A DNA stretch of 64,000 nucleotides from Botryllus schlosseri (lineage: Eukaryota): assembly GCA_051294905.1 (NCBI GenBank), contig CM119376.1, forward strand, positions 18,414,001-18,478,000. The letters run 5' to 3'. This document shows positions 10,501 to 25,100 of the stretch, one piece after another (the stretch's first letter is position 1; every line of letters starts with the position of its first letter). A program made the position numbers and the translations under genes. The notes beneath the pieces are model-generated. The model worked only from the letters and a program-made list of their open reading frames with translations, did no database searches and was not told where the DNA came from.

Positions 10501-13074
10501 AAATTGATAAGAATCAGCGATAAGTATGCCGAGACACACAACGCCAGCAGCCGCAAGAAACTTGAAAATTCTGAGTTTCGGACCACGCAACGATGCTTCT
10601 ACAAGGTGAATCACGAAATGCCAAATAGGAAGGTATTCCAATTCCTTTCGGTTAGTGTTAGTAGATGCAAAATAACGTGCCATTTCTACATACAGCATAG
10701 ACAAATCTTACCGGAGAAAGTCGAGATATCTGTGGCGTAAGGCAAAGGATAAGGATTTATTGCAAATTGCGTTCGATCAGCTACAAGATTATCCCGTTTT
10801 TAGATAGAGTATAGAATATTCAACCATACGTGCAACCAATGAGTCATATCGAAATGTTGCACGAGGTCCAGTAATTTATGGCCTTAAGATATAAAGAAAC
10901 ACTCATTCCACCCAATCTCAGTGGGGGTCCATAGCCTGGATTAAAATTTGGGAGTACCATTGTAAAACTTGGAAAGAGCGGGGTATTTTTATAAAGGCGC
11001 GACGGCAAGGATTTATAATGACGTAGTGAGTTCATATTACGCCACAATGACAAAGCCAAACAATAATTGCCACCGTCGCACCGTGACTACGCTGGTATCA
11101 GAGGCTAATGTATTTCTGGTCTACGCGCGAAGCAAGCAGATTCAAGGTGCTATTCAGTGCCATCAAATTTGGACTTGAACGTCGGTAAGTTTGTGACATC
11201 ACCATAGATCTATGAAATCCGAAATAGCCTCCGGTATACTATGCAACATAATTCGAACAACATTTACAAACTCCATACGTTGTTGACACTTCCCGCCGCT
11301 GTACGCTGTCATACTGCAATCGCACGAATAGCCGCTCCACTCCTGCCGACACACACCGTTGTTCAAGCACGGTCGCGAGTCGCATGCGTTGTATGGACCT
11401 GTCAACAGTCATTAGCCGCGCGCGGGTTAAGAGCTGATAGGCCTACTTCACGAGCCTTATAGTCGCTCACCCCTGCATCCTTGCGTTACTTTCCCGGAAT
11501 TGACGAGGGCGGCTTCGCTAACCAGATCGGGATTGTATCCGTTGAGATCGAATGTGGCCAGGCAGCCTTGGAAGCCGAAGCGCGATTGTATGGCGGTGAA
11601 TATGGCCTTGGTGTACATGTCTTTACGCACGCCGCCAATGTACAAGTCACCTACAACACACGCCATGCGTGAAAAGTTTGAGATAATATTGAGGCGTATG
11701 TACGATGTACGATTCAGGCATCGCCCTTCAAAATATGGACACATATTAGAAACAAGGACAGCATGACTAGCCCGTCGTCTAGGCTACATTGGTTTGTAAC
11801 CCCAACCCGTCGTCTTAAACTAGGTTGATAACTCTCTAGGCTAGTGGTTCTCAAACTTTTTCAAACACGCCCCTCTTTATGATAGTGAAGAATTTCGCGC
11901 CCCTTATAGTCATATCACAAAATCTAACCAGAATGCTAGCAATCCAAACGGATAGTTTGATGGCATGGAACGTTTTGACTGTTGATGACAGAGTTCTCAA
12001 ACATGAAATTCGGATTATACACAGAGCAATAACTATAACTATGCATTGTGGGCTAATCGCGCGGAGCGCGAAAAAAATTCAGTTGACCGCAGTGCGCGCG
12101 CCCCAGTTTGAGAACCACTGCTCTATAGGCGTCTTAATACAAAAGGCAAACTAAGGAGCGTGGTGAAAAATTGAGATTTTCGGGAAACTTGTAGGCATAA
12201 ATATGCTCTTTTTTAAATAGAAATCACTCGAATTTAAAATTGAACCCAACTGAAATTGGTGCGATATGCAAACTTCAGGATGATGGTGGAAATCCAGATT
12301 TTTGGGAAACTCGAAGGCGAAAAGATACACTTTTTTCAAATTGAACCTCTTCCATACCTCCCCAAATTTAACATTGAATCTAACTGAAAATGATGTGGAC
12401 CCCTGATTCGAAGACCCTCAGGATCAGAACCACTCCCGCAAGATCTTACAAGGAATCTAATAAACAGTCACGCCTGAAATTTCATATATTGAACAAAACC
12501 AAAGAGAGCGACGCTGCATATATTTTGCACCATTTGATGACAATTCCAGCTTCGCAATGGCAAGCATTATGCGCGAGTTTTTGAGAGCCACGGGAAATTA
12601 CAGAGTGTGCTTGTTTGATGTGAGTTGCTGTTGTTGTTGGTTGTGGTATTCGTGGTGTTTGTCGACTACTGTGGTCACTGGTCATTTACACCAGGCCAAT
12701 TTTCTTCATTTTTATTCCGAAGCTGCCGACTTGTAGCACAACCCACTTCTAGGCTTTTAATTATAAGACACCGCTTACATGGATGATATGGCGAGGAGGA
12801 GCCTACTGCCTAGATAAACCTCCAACATTTAGGTAGAGGAATTCTGGAATCGACTTCCGTCGGACTCGAACCCGCAACCCTTTGGTGTTGGAGCTGTGGA
12901 TTATACCACTACGTTATCTCGCCGGGTCTGTTTGGACCAGTTGACATCTACGATCGTATCGATCATCCATATCTGATTGCGAATTCTGAGTATGCGTTTT
13001 CTTCTATATGATCATCGATGATGTCTGTGTGTTATGTATTTCGATTGGATGAAAATAACGACTCTCTCTATCTC

Positions 13075-13117
<43 letters not shown>

Positions 13118-16100
13118 CACCAGGAGAGACATATGACACCTAATTTAAAGTAAAAGGCAATCCCTGGTTAGTGGAAGCATACTCCAATACACATACCATC
13201 CAAATCCAAATTGACATTTTCTCTGCGCCCGTTCTGAGTCAGCGACACGCCGTCCACAGATAAGGTATGTTGATTCAGCCTCGTGCGTATGATCCTGACT
13301 TGATGCCATTTCCCGTCGCTAATCGGAGCTTGATCCGGGGCGCTCAGAAACTGAACAGTTTCGTCATTCAATACCCTATCGCGAAGTACGCTCGCTACGG
13401 TCAAAGTACCTGAGGCCCGTTTCCAAGATCGTAGACATATCGAACGAAGCCGTTGTACAACTCTACGGCCACAAAGTCCCCGGAAGGCCCGTCGTTGTAT
13501 AATATCAAACCGTCGGCCACTGTCGTGCGAAGTGTGAAGTACAGGTTCATCGATCTGCTGCAAATACATTACGGAACTAAATCGTGTAAAGAATTTCGAA
13601 AGAATATTTATGTCCCGACTCGTAAGCGTTCAGCTTTTCCATCCAAATGTAGTTGTATCTGTTTTCAAATGTGACCGAGTTTGAGATAATGACGGATTCA
13701 CCTCGCGTCCCATCGAACTGGCACGCAGATTTTTTGTTCGACAAGCACCTGTTAATAGGCGAGCTGTTTATGTACATTGTACAGCGGTATCACTGCATAA
13801 TATATCTGATTAACTTCTCCGTGATGTTCAACTGTATGATAATGAAAATGAAGGGGTATGTCAACAGAATGAAATATATTCATAATCATATATTGATCGT
13901 CTAAAATAGATGGATGGATGGATGGATGCGGCGGTGAGACCTTCAGAGTCAGTCAAGACCAGTAAGAGCATTTACTGCAATAGCTTTTCATATCGAAAAG
14001 CACGTTAGAGAACTATAGTGGATTTTCAAACTTTAAACGGCATAACTCAGCAACCGAATGGTATCAGGGTAGTATATATTAAACTTTCAATTAGGCAGTG
14101 GTATCTGGCACAGTAGTTGACACTAGAGCTTACATTTTGATCTGGAATATTATGACGTGATCATATCAAATTCTACCCATTCATCACTGATTTTACTATT
14201 AGTAGAGGACAGTATATACACTCTGCTGTTGCTCCATCACCTTTCGACAACTTGATTTTTGTTGAATCGCACATTCTGTATCATTCCGACAAACGCTGGG
14301 CCAAAATCTCGACGCGGGTTAGGAAACACATCTCCAGTAACTTTGGCGAGATGGATGTTGTTAAATTCCAGTTCAAAGTACCCGTTGGGTAGTTCCCCTG
14401 AACGTCAAAAACAAGTTATTGGACACCTAATGAAAAAATCTCAATTGCTCTATTAATGAACCACTACAAATTGTGGTCGATGCAAGTCGAGTACGTTTTA
14501 TGTACCGGGTCCAATATGTAGGATTTGCCTTACTTGCTTTAGCGGTGCTATTGTCAACTGTTAGTGACACAATGTTGCCGTATCGTCTAACCGCGATATA
14601 ATGCCAGCGGTTATCGTTGAGACTTGACCCATCAGATAAGGTAGTTCCTCCTTGTCCTAAAAGAAGAATTGATGTGGAGCCGCAGTCATATTCGCCTCTT
14701 CGTAAATAAAACGGCGCCCCAACTGCTATATACGCCATTTGCTACTAGATCCGTTTATTCATTTTCATTTTCGACAGCGATCAATGCCTATCGGCGTATT
14801 ATTTTGTGGACGTTTCTACGCATAGGGTGGATGTTACAGATATGTTCATACGATGGGGAGACTTGAGAACATATCAGCCCGTATCGATATCGTTGTAAAT
14901 GCGAGAGCGCACTTCTCTAATCCAGCAATTCACCCAATGCAATCATCCACTCCGAAGGTAGCCTATTCATAGATTAATGAAGTCTAGTAAATCATCAGTT
15001 GAGCGTGTAATTTGTATCTAGACGCCGGTCGGGATCGGTCTACACACTACACGGTAACAATAAATCCGCATCTGATTATCATAAACAGTAAATTCGACAT
15101 TGATTTTCTCATCCGCTAAGAATATTGATGAAACGTTGAAACGAAATTAGCGTTGAATATTCATACTCATGCAATATACAGCATGCCGTAAATCATGCCA
15201 TGCACTACACATAGAGAATCGACGTCCACAAAATGAGCGGCTAATTTTGAATAATTCATACTCTAGGTCCCATTCGACAGCAAAGACCCCAGTGTCGAGT
15301 GGTATTGTGATTCCATCGGAACAAACTTTGTTGCTTGGCTATTAGGGTTGCGCTTAAAAGAAGACCTGTTGAAAGCGCTCTGCTTTAAATATAACTCTTT
15401 CCGTTTAAAATTTGATACAAAAATCCGGAGAGAATTTATACATAAAATGTCCGCATGAGGGTTTCAATATATTACCTATCCAACAAAATGGGTACAAAAC
15501 AATGGGAAAACGCTTGTGATTCAACATACTTTCTTAAAATTTACTTATAAAATTTAAACGCAACCCTATTCGTGCCGCATACAGACGTGGATGTGGGACT
15601 ATGGCAAACACTGCCGAACAGCGTACGGAAACTTGAAAGTACAAAAACATGACGATAATTTCAAATATTTATTCAATAATCGTACACATAACATACGGCT
15701 GGACCTTGTACATATTCGTGACCCTCTTTCCTCGCTGTTACATCTCTTGTGATTTATAAAATATAGATGATGTCGTCCAACGCATTGCAGTACAGTAGCG
15801 ACCGATATTTACTGTTGATATTTAACACACACGATGGTCGAAACTTGAAATGTCTCCAGAAAGAGATTCATCAGTTACGGCAATTAAAAAAATGGAAAAC
15901 CAAGTGACAATAAAATGTATTTTGAACTTGACATTAGGCCGCCAGCGTGTCTGGAAGCTTCGGCTCGTATTAATATTTCAAAACCTCAACGGCAGCAGAA
16001 TTGCTTTGGCCATAAATAACAGTACACGCAATTCAGTCATCGAACCACCTGACGAATGGCATGCCCGACTGGTTTGGTCTGTCTGCTAAATAACAAACAC

Positions 16101-19100
16101 CACAGCAGCATTGGGTAGAGCGACAGCACGTGCAAAGTGAGAGTGCAAATATGACTTACGAAGTGTCACGTTTGTGCAGTTCGTCTTGAAGCAATCTGAA
16201 ATGCGACGGCACCACATAGAGAACAGAAATATATTGAATTGAGGCAAATACCAGCGCGTCATTTATTACACTTATATCACCAAGATGCGGCCAGATCAAA
16301 ATCGAAGTAGGATGAGGTACAATTTTATGTTGGAATATTTTCTATAATCCTGCGGAAATGAGATGGGTTTCTGCTGTTTAGGTGGTCAATAATACTATAG
16401 TCAGTCCTCGAGATTACCCGATCACGGTCTGACATATCGACTTAGCTAATGCCTACCGACCCATGTCACATTCATTTTCATTGGTTGTCCTTCTATATAT
16501 TATCATCTATTACTTTTTATTCAGTGTACTGTGCGTGCCTCTTATTTTACATGCTCTATTGTATGGGTCAAGGGGGATGGATGTCTGACCAAAATAGCCT
16601 ACTGTCGTTTCGACACTCTCCTATATTATCATTATATCGCAATCTTGTGGTGATATTGAATAGAGAAGAATTGTAATAACTGACTGAGCGATTTTATCAA
16701 ACCTGACAAGATCTAAGCAAGAGGCATTGAGTCTCGCATTTACGATTGACGGTGATACAGTAATCAGAAAAATATTCTCAATAAAGGATATATTGAAGAA
16801 CAGTTTATTATTTAGTATTGTCCCATGGCCTACTAGTAGGCCATGATTGTCCTTAAAATAAAATCTGGGGGAGAGTGAAAGACGATATTTGTCCACAGCC
16901 GTATAATGACGGTCGGTACATAAGACATCATATGAGACGAGGTGGGACGTCTTTGTCGCACGTAGAATTTCTCCCTCGGCTCCACGCAATAAAGCTCCAA
17001 GCAAGGAATAAATCGATAGGTCCGGCGTGACCGTACGATTTAATGATATAGTCGCCAGATGTCACAACAACGCACACACTATTTCCACGTTTTCGCACAG
17101 CCTTTAACTCCATTAAAGCAGCAATCAAAGGGGTTAAAACGCGTCATACTGACAGTCCTTCGCGGAGTGTGATTAAATTGGAAGCCTCTCCTAACTCGGT
17201 TTCCGATTCCGCGATAACCGTCAATTTATTTCGGTCTCGACAATCGGGGGCGCCCAAAGTAGAGGATCAAATATCGTCTTGATTCGTCTGTGAAAACTGC
17301 AAAGCATAGATACAGACGGGAGAAGTCGAATCGATAGCGCGGGGATCACACAAGTCTTCCGTGATGATCCATTAATATTTATGTACTGAAGTTTGATAAT
17401 TCTACGGACATGCTTTGCGCTTACCGATGTTGACTGTCAGCTCTACAACGCCGCGGACCAATCTGAGCAGAAGGATATCGGCGGTGTTGGACGATGTCGT
17501 GGCGAAAAGAAGGCCGGAGCTGAATGGGGTTTTGAACCTCAAGCTAAGTTCTTCCGCCTGGTATCGCTTCGTGTTGGCTGCGGGAAGACGTAGACATTGC
17601 GATCCGTTGAATCCAACCACCATTGTAGCTGTGAGAATCGAAGTTATGTCCAAGCTTAAATTAGTGTTTCAGGGTAGGCCTATATACATACACCCAATAC
17701 GGATATATAATGTGATGAGAGCAAGGAGCACTAAATGTCATGCTCACGATCTCATTATGATGACATTAGGACAATAGTCGTTTTGCGATATGAAAATAAA
17801 ACTATCACAACACTACAAAAGATTAAAGTTCTTTTAGAAACTCCCCCATTTCCTCAACTCCTCACAAAATACGTCCACAACTCCAACAAGTTATTATTTC
17901 CCTTGCGCAAGTGATAAACGATCTTCAAGATTTGATCACAAGAAGTGAGGAGCCCTTCATAAATTACTGCAGCATACAGAACATTTCATTTCTGGTTAAG
18001 TGACGGGCGGTTTCCAAGCAATATCCTTGTAGAGAATGATTACAGAACAGCAGCACACAACACCTTACTGTTTATTTAAATAAAACGCGAAGCGTCAAGC
18101 TGCCACGAAAAGCAATATTCGAAAGCATGTTGAAAGTTTATGATCCAGACAAAAACATTCGAACACGCACTTCAATATTTCAGCCGGAATAAGACGCCAG
18201 AGAATTTCATAGATGTTGTTCTAGTATGCTCAAACTCTGCGAGTATGTATTCCCTGGATACGATTCTAGTTATTTTATTATTAACCATTAGCATCGATGT
18301 ATGTAATTGGATTACAAAATTTGGAAAGGGGTGATATATGTTTGCAATTAAGTATCACCACGTTTATACATAAATCGACGGCAGGAACGTAGCGTTCATT
18401 TGCGTCTACCACACAGTGCCAGAATCATCATTTATAGTCTGGTATCTCGAATTACCGAAGTCACTGTCTAAAGCAGGGGTTCTTAACAGTGGACTTATTA
18501 CATGTACGAAGTACCAAATCGAGGAGGGATACGAGATGCATTGTGGAATTATACATATATGCTATGCAAAGCAATAAAATATTTTGCAAACCAAAAAAGG
18601 GATCTTTTCTAGGGCAAATTAAACCAACACAAAATGTTTCTCCAAGTCAATGGTCTTTTTGATTTCAATATAGGTAACCATCAGAAATTGTGTTGAAAAC
18701 GGGCAAAAGGCACGAGAAATAATATCGAAAGCTCGAAGGGTGCGAGCGCGAAAGAGGTTAAGCGACACTGGTCTAAAGTCTCCTTAAAATGTCGACTGCG
18801 TGAACAACTGTTATTAGCTGCTTGAGTCCAGACATGTTGTTTTAAAATTAGCGGCAGCTTATATAGGGCTACCGCAATGCATATAATCTCAGCATACTTA
18901 GAAGTGCAGGATTTAAACATGATACACATATTATTACATACGTTATACCTGTATCGCAAGTATCGCCGGAGTAAGCAGTTGCTGTGCAGTCGCACGTAAA
19001 TCCGTTCAACTGATTCTTGCAAACGCCACCATTGCGACACGGTTGACTGTCGCAAAAATTTCCTCCGTAGTTTAGGCATTCTGGTGCTATGCTCGAAGTC

Positions 19101-22100
19101 CCTCGATATGACTGCTTTGCGATTGTCTTGAAAGAAGTATTTCGACTTGGTAAACTATATACTGTATACCATACATACAGTTATAGCTAGGGTTGCATTT
19201 AAAACAAAAATCAATTTAAAACAATGGCCCTTGTTCAAAACATGTTTTATTGTTGTTGTTTTTAGCCGTGACGTCAGGAATCCTTAATGGTGACGTCACA
19301 CTAGATTGAAATTGATAATACAGGGTAAATGTAGCTCCTTCAACGAAAAAGGCTCCCGACCACTGTCATAAACAGACTAGAAATATCTTTAACCGGGACT
19401 ACATCGTTATGAAGCATTTTTACGGTTGGCGATCATCAATATCAGAGCATCCATTCCGATATCGTTGATCTATATCTACATGATATAACTGTTGAACTGA
19501 CTACGATTTCGAGGGTTCCATCCTCCCAACATTGTATACGTCGACTAAAGTGAGTGTAAATCGTTCATAGGCTCACACTACATGTTTTAAAAAAAAAGTA
19601 TTTACACAATTATGGCATAATTATACAACGTCTGAATAAAAACAAACAAATTTGTTTTATTCTAAAGGCATTTTTATAAAACACAGTTTAACTATGTTTT
19701 TAACAAAGTGTTTTAAAACACCACTTGTTTTAAATGCAACCCTAGGCATAGGATAGTCACACAACATAACACATTTTGTCGCGGAATGAATTTTTACCGT
19801 GCATTGGATCTAGAGACCGAAGTGTCGTCAGCGGTGGTTCCCAAAGTGGGAGCTGGCGTTAGCGACATCGGAGGAGGAGTTAGATACAAACTGGGCGATT
19901 TGGGATGCTGAGAGAAAAGGGAGCAATGTGCACTACGGATATCTGCTTGGGGATCTGTAAATCAGTAGCTCTATTTGTGCACCAAGAACAGACTAACAGG
20001 GCGCAGTCAATCCAATATCGCCACCAACGCTCTCCGTATATGTTCATCATTGTGTAACCAGCATGAGTTTTACTCATCAATCAACTACTCTATCAATCAA
20101 CGAACAGAATTATTATACAGCGAGGTTTGTTCAGTGCAAGTCCTGAACACGAATTTATACGTCTATACAACGAGGAGGACGAAGTTCTAAGTGTCTAATG
20201 TACCACAACGAAGGACAATGGCATTGGTGGGCAAATAGCACTTCACACTATTATTCCTTGGTTCTGAGTTGCGATTCTGGCATAACGTGGATCGAGCTAC
20301 CTACGGTATGTATCGTATCAAATGGAAAAGGACACAAGCGCCAGCGTAATTTGTATGTGTAATAAACAAAACATTTTTTCGAAATTAGGGGCGGGGCATT
20401 TGGTACCTGGTTCGTTAACCAGGGGGTTTGGGAAACATTGTTCAGTGCATATATTCATACTTTTTTCAATATGACTGCGTTATTATTTCGCATTTAATGA
20501 GTGAGTTTCGAATTCTACGATTATAGAGCTAGCGTTCCGTCAATTTCCGCACCTGCGGCAAATGCGCTGTATGGCATGGCCACATGCTACTTCAGTAGGC
20601 CTAAATATGCAAATGCCTGCTCTCTTGCTGCATGATCAATGCGCAGTGCGCACTAATTGAACCTCAACGTTGATTAGTTGTTTTCGTTGTAGATAGCTTT
20701 CTTCCACTCACCCCGTATAAAAGGCACGCAGATGGAATGTTCAGTTGCATGCATTGTAAACAAATCAAGGTGACCTCAGGAATACTTAAGGTTTTCGGCG
20801 AGATTGCGGGACCTCCATAATCCATTATGCGATGACGTACAACAACAGGTCGTCCTTAATATACCGATACCAGCCTCTAATGGTGGTATAAAACAATACA
20901 CACCAAGGAATAACCTACATAGGAATTGTTTGATAAAGCTAATGATTTCATTTTTGTAACGGAATATCATCCAAGGCGGTTTTCTGCTGGTCAGGCAATA
21001 TAGTAAACTCCCGTCGCAGTAAAGTAATCTTTCAAATTATTCTTTTCGTTTCATCACCGTCCTTATTCACTAAAGCACTTAATCCCTGAGAAAACTGTGA
21101 TAGGAATGGAAACGACAGCTCGCTTTTTCCCCAACGTCAAGTGTCATACTAATTCCTTTCCTCGATCCATCTGAATTTGATATCATCATCCATCACTTTT
21201 TATATACACGGTAAATTAAAACTGGGAATTCAAACAAGAATTCAATCGATTACTTAATATTTGGCACGTATAATGCATACACTTGAAGAAACGGTGACCC
21301 GCATAAATGCGCTTGGGTTTCTAATCCTCTGATCCACTAATGCTACCATTCTTGTATAGATAATACATCAAGTGTGAACAGATTACTTCTGCATTATTGT
21401 AATCCTCCGATTTTTCTAAGTGAGGATATTAGATGTCAAATTACATTTCGGTTACAACAAATTGTTCATTTATACATGCACCTCTGTCCAAATTAGTCAA
21501 CGTTTCCGAATATTACATTGTATTTCTACATAGCTATAGACAGGGCCTATACAGTATACACCCAGTCTCAACGTTGCTGTCTACGAGAACTCAATAGTTC
21601 GTGTTCAATCAATTTCAACACTTTCACGTCACCTCGATGAAAATCTCAGAATTGATTCTATTTAAGCAATACATTAGTTGCCTGCGTCGCTTGCTATGCT
21701 ATACGCATGCTTGTGAGCTAATGCAAGCTGTCTTCAAACGCATCATACATCACAACGGATAGACGCTCAAACTTCGCATTACTGACTGACCCACAACTTT
21801 AAAAGTTCTGTCATCTACAATCTGGACTGTGAAATCGACAAGGGGATCCTTCCCCGCAAGGTTTGCCTATAGTATCCCGAAGCATGCATAAATTCGGATC
21901 TCGGGAGAATAGAGCGTCTCTAGACAGCGCCTCTCCTTTTTTCATATCCTTTCTCTTCCGCGAAAGAAAATCGTTTCGAAAATTAAGAGATCTGATAGCG
22001 AACAGTTGATGACTGACTGTATTTTTACGCGACAAGAAAAGAACAACGCCATTTGCAGTTTTAGCACAGGGCACTCTCACGAAGATGTGTCCTGAAATAG

Positions 22101-25100
22101 TTCACGTGACTTGCAAAGATGTAAGAGTACACACACCTACGCGTGGATTCGATATGAATGATACCGCCAAGTCTACAATAACAGTGTAAGAGAAAAACCG
22201 ACTGTATTGGATCCATAGCGTGGCGTAATTGATTCAGTAAAGGCGCCGGTTAGGGACGTACGGATCAAAGCATCAATCGTGATCGTGATTTATTCATATC
22301 TCCATCACCACACGCCCGGCAGTAATATTATCGCAATTGGTGGGAGTCGCTGCTGATGTGGAGCAAGATATGGTGAAAAGAATCGCGCTGTATCACTATT
22401 TTATGGTGTTGCATGATTTCAGTGATATCACCGGCGTCACAAAGAGTCAGTAACCTCGTTTCACTGAGAATGCATTTCGTGGTTTGCTATCACGCTTCAG
22501 ATACAAGCAACTCCAATTAGTCATATCGAGTATTATTGATAACACTGCACAAAGAGAATGGCAAGGAGCATATACATGATTACATGATTAACCTAAAAAT
22601 AAACCATATATTCATTAATATTTAAACTGGGATTTTCGGGAAGGTGTTGGCGACATATATGGTGAATGTATATAGGATCGTATGTATTTGTCGATCGAAA
22701 GGCCAATGCCTTTGCCCCGATAAAAGGAACTTTTTGTGGCGATGTCGCATCAATCACGGTACATTGTTTTGTCTAATTCGTGACCATTGGCTTGGGGGGG
22801 AGGTTAGCACGAAGCGCCCATTTATCAAGGCACATCGATCAACTATCATCGCATTGGAGTGATAGATATGATCTGCTATGTTATGTTAGTGATGCAGAAG
22901 ATCAGGAGACCTGCACCATCATGGGACTGCGGCGCGAAGGGTGTAGACGGGAATATAACCGCTTCATAAACTTCGCATGACAGTGATGGGAAGGTCATGG
23001 TTTAACCCACCGACACCCAAAGGTTGCATTTCCAATCTGCGATTATTTGCAGAAATTCAATCTTAGTTATTCGGCCGCGATAGAGCTCCAAAAGAAGTAG
23101 TCTACCAAACAGGCTGTCGATATACTATGAATAGAATTCGGTGCAATAGCTTTTTAGACGCCTATCGCGAAATGGCAGCGACCTAATTATTAATGTCATT
23201 CCTCGACATTTTCGTCAATCACCGTTATTTTTCGTGTTAAACTCCCCACCGACGACAGTGACGAGTAAATATACTTGCGCGTTTATTCTCTCGGGATCCA
23301 TTAGTTTGATCAAACGAGAGGTTTGGAAATATCTCAGGGAATTTTGTTCATTTTCGGTATACGCACGGAACATTGATATTAACGTGTTTCCGTGGGCGGA
23401 TGACGCCGCATAGCACTGTACAGTGTACACTGTTCATAGTGTTCACTAGGAAATGCTACAAGTATAAATGTGAACGGGACGAGAATTTTCAACAATGACA
23501 TGGCGTATAGTGGTTCTTGGCCTTTTTTTTCTCCAACGCCCCCTTTCCAAAATTGCCTGGGTACGCCCCCCCCCCTATTTTGCGGACTGTAGTAAAAAAA
23601 AACAATGGGTAAGTGGTCGAAGTCCGGTTTCGGATTGGGACTTCACTATTAGACCACCCGACTAATTAACGGTATAATCGTATGTGCTATTTTCGGGATC
23701 AAATCCAGGTTGTTATAACAGCCATCGGGTAAGGCCTACGGGCTCATAGCATTTGGTTCGATATCGATGTACATATCCCGAATTCTCCTCTGCGATTGGC
23801 AATACGGGGAAGTTAATTGTATTAGGTTTTAGTGCTTTGTGTGACTACTAAATCAACTGAGAATGTGGTAGAGATTTGCTCACATTAAATTTAGTGCTGC
23901 ATTAATCTCTCAACTTTAACGTGAATGGGGGTAACAACACTTAGCAGTATCATCCTTTATGATACGATGAAGAAATATTCTGACGATTTAATTTTGTAGC
24001 TCTCGAATACAAGTATATTTAGTTAATCATTTTGGCCAAAAAGCTTTAAAACATCTTTAATGTACAAAGGGCATCACTCTCGAAAGTTGTACAGTACAGT
24101 GCCTTTTCGATTTCGACACGCAGTGCGCTGCAGGATACAATACCTGGTTCAAAACATCTTGAGGAAAATAACGACCAGTTTATCATTATTTTCATCATTT
24201 CAAAACACCACAAAACTGCGATATAATGAAAAGATAGGAAGGTGTCGAAACAACTTCGAGTAGCCAGCGTGACGGGAGTGTTTTAACGGGGGATTGGCAA
24301 TCCAAAAGTACGCCTAACTCATTTTACATGAATAAAAATGAACCACTGCATTCATAGAAACATCGTCGGTGGATATTTCGAGATGAGCGCAACGAAAAAC
24401 GTTGTGATTTGATAGATTTTGTCGAATGTTAGTTTGCAATGAGAACTCGGGGATATATACACCTATTGTTCTACTATTTAATCATATATCCTTACCCCAC
24501 CATCTACTGCGAGGCCATTTTTCTTCAGCGTCCCCTATTTCGCCCCCGAGCGTTTTCGCCCCCTTCAAAATCCAAATCGCCCCCTGGAGGGGCGCTGGAG
24601 ACAAGGTTAAGAACCACTGGGCCGTATACCGTCTGACGTGATAAACGGATATGACGCCACAAAGTCGAATACACAACATATGCGGGTACCTCACTGCACG
24701 CACCCACACGCTCGCATAAGTACAGAATTTCAAATGTTATACATATTGCTCCTTCATCCCGTAAAGGAGTGGTTGACATATCCAAGCCACCAATCACATT
24801 GTCATGTATTTATAACGCATATTCCACTGTGGATTACATTCAAAATGAGGCGGATTGTCATCAAGTATAAGATATATCAGAAGTAACTCAATCGCAGACA
24901 GAAACTGTCACATGCAGCCAGGAAGGCGAAATTGCGAAGACTCACTGCGTCTGTACTTGAATGGATATTATATTTCGCAGCATCGATATTATCTGGTGTA
25001 GACTCACCGCAGCAGACTGAAACACGACCGCAACGCAGCGGGCAACGTTGCAGCTACATTCAGATTTCGAGATAAAATTACGGAGATGACACTTTGGCGA

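Noticed and set aside
16621-17128. Two overlapping minus-strand ORFs (127 and 66 aa) in the SS3 intron
   Set aside because: No recognisable family, no compatible splice sites, and not needed for the gene model
23022-23045. Plus-strand GCISNLRL, a LamG-like motif
   Set aside because: Wrong strand, no surrounding domain, and all LNS segments are already accounted for
24946-24950. 5-nt segment between CAG and GTGAGT
   Set aside because: Not frame-preserving and no pyrimidine tract
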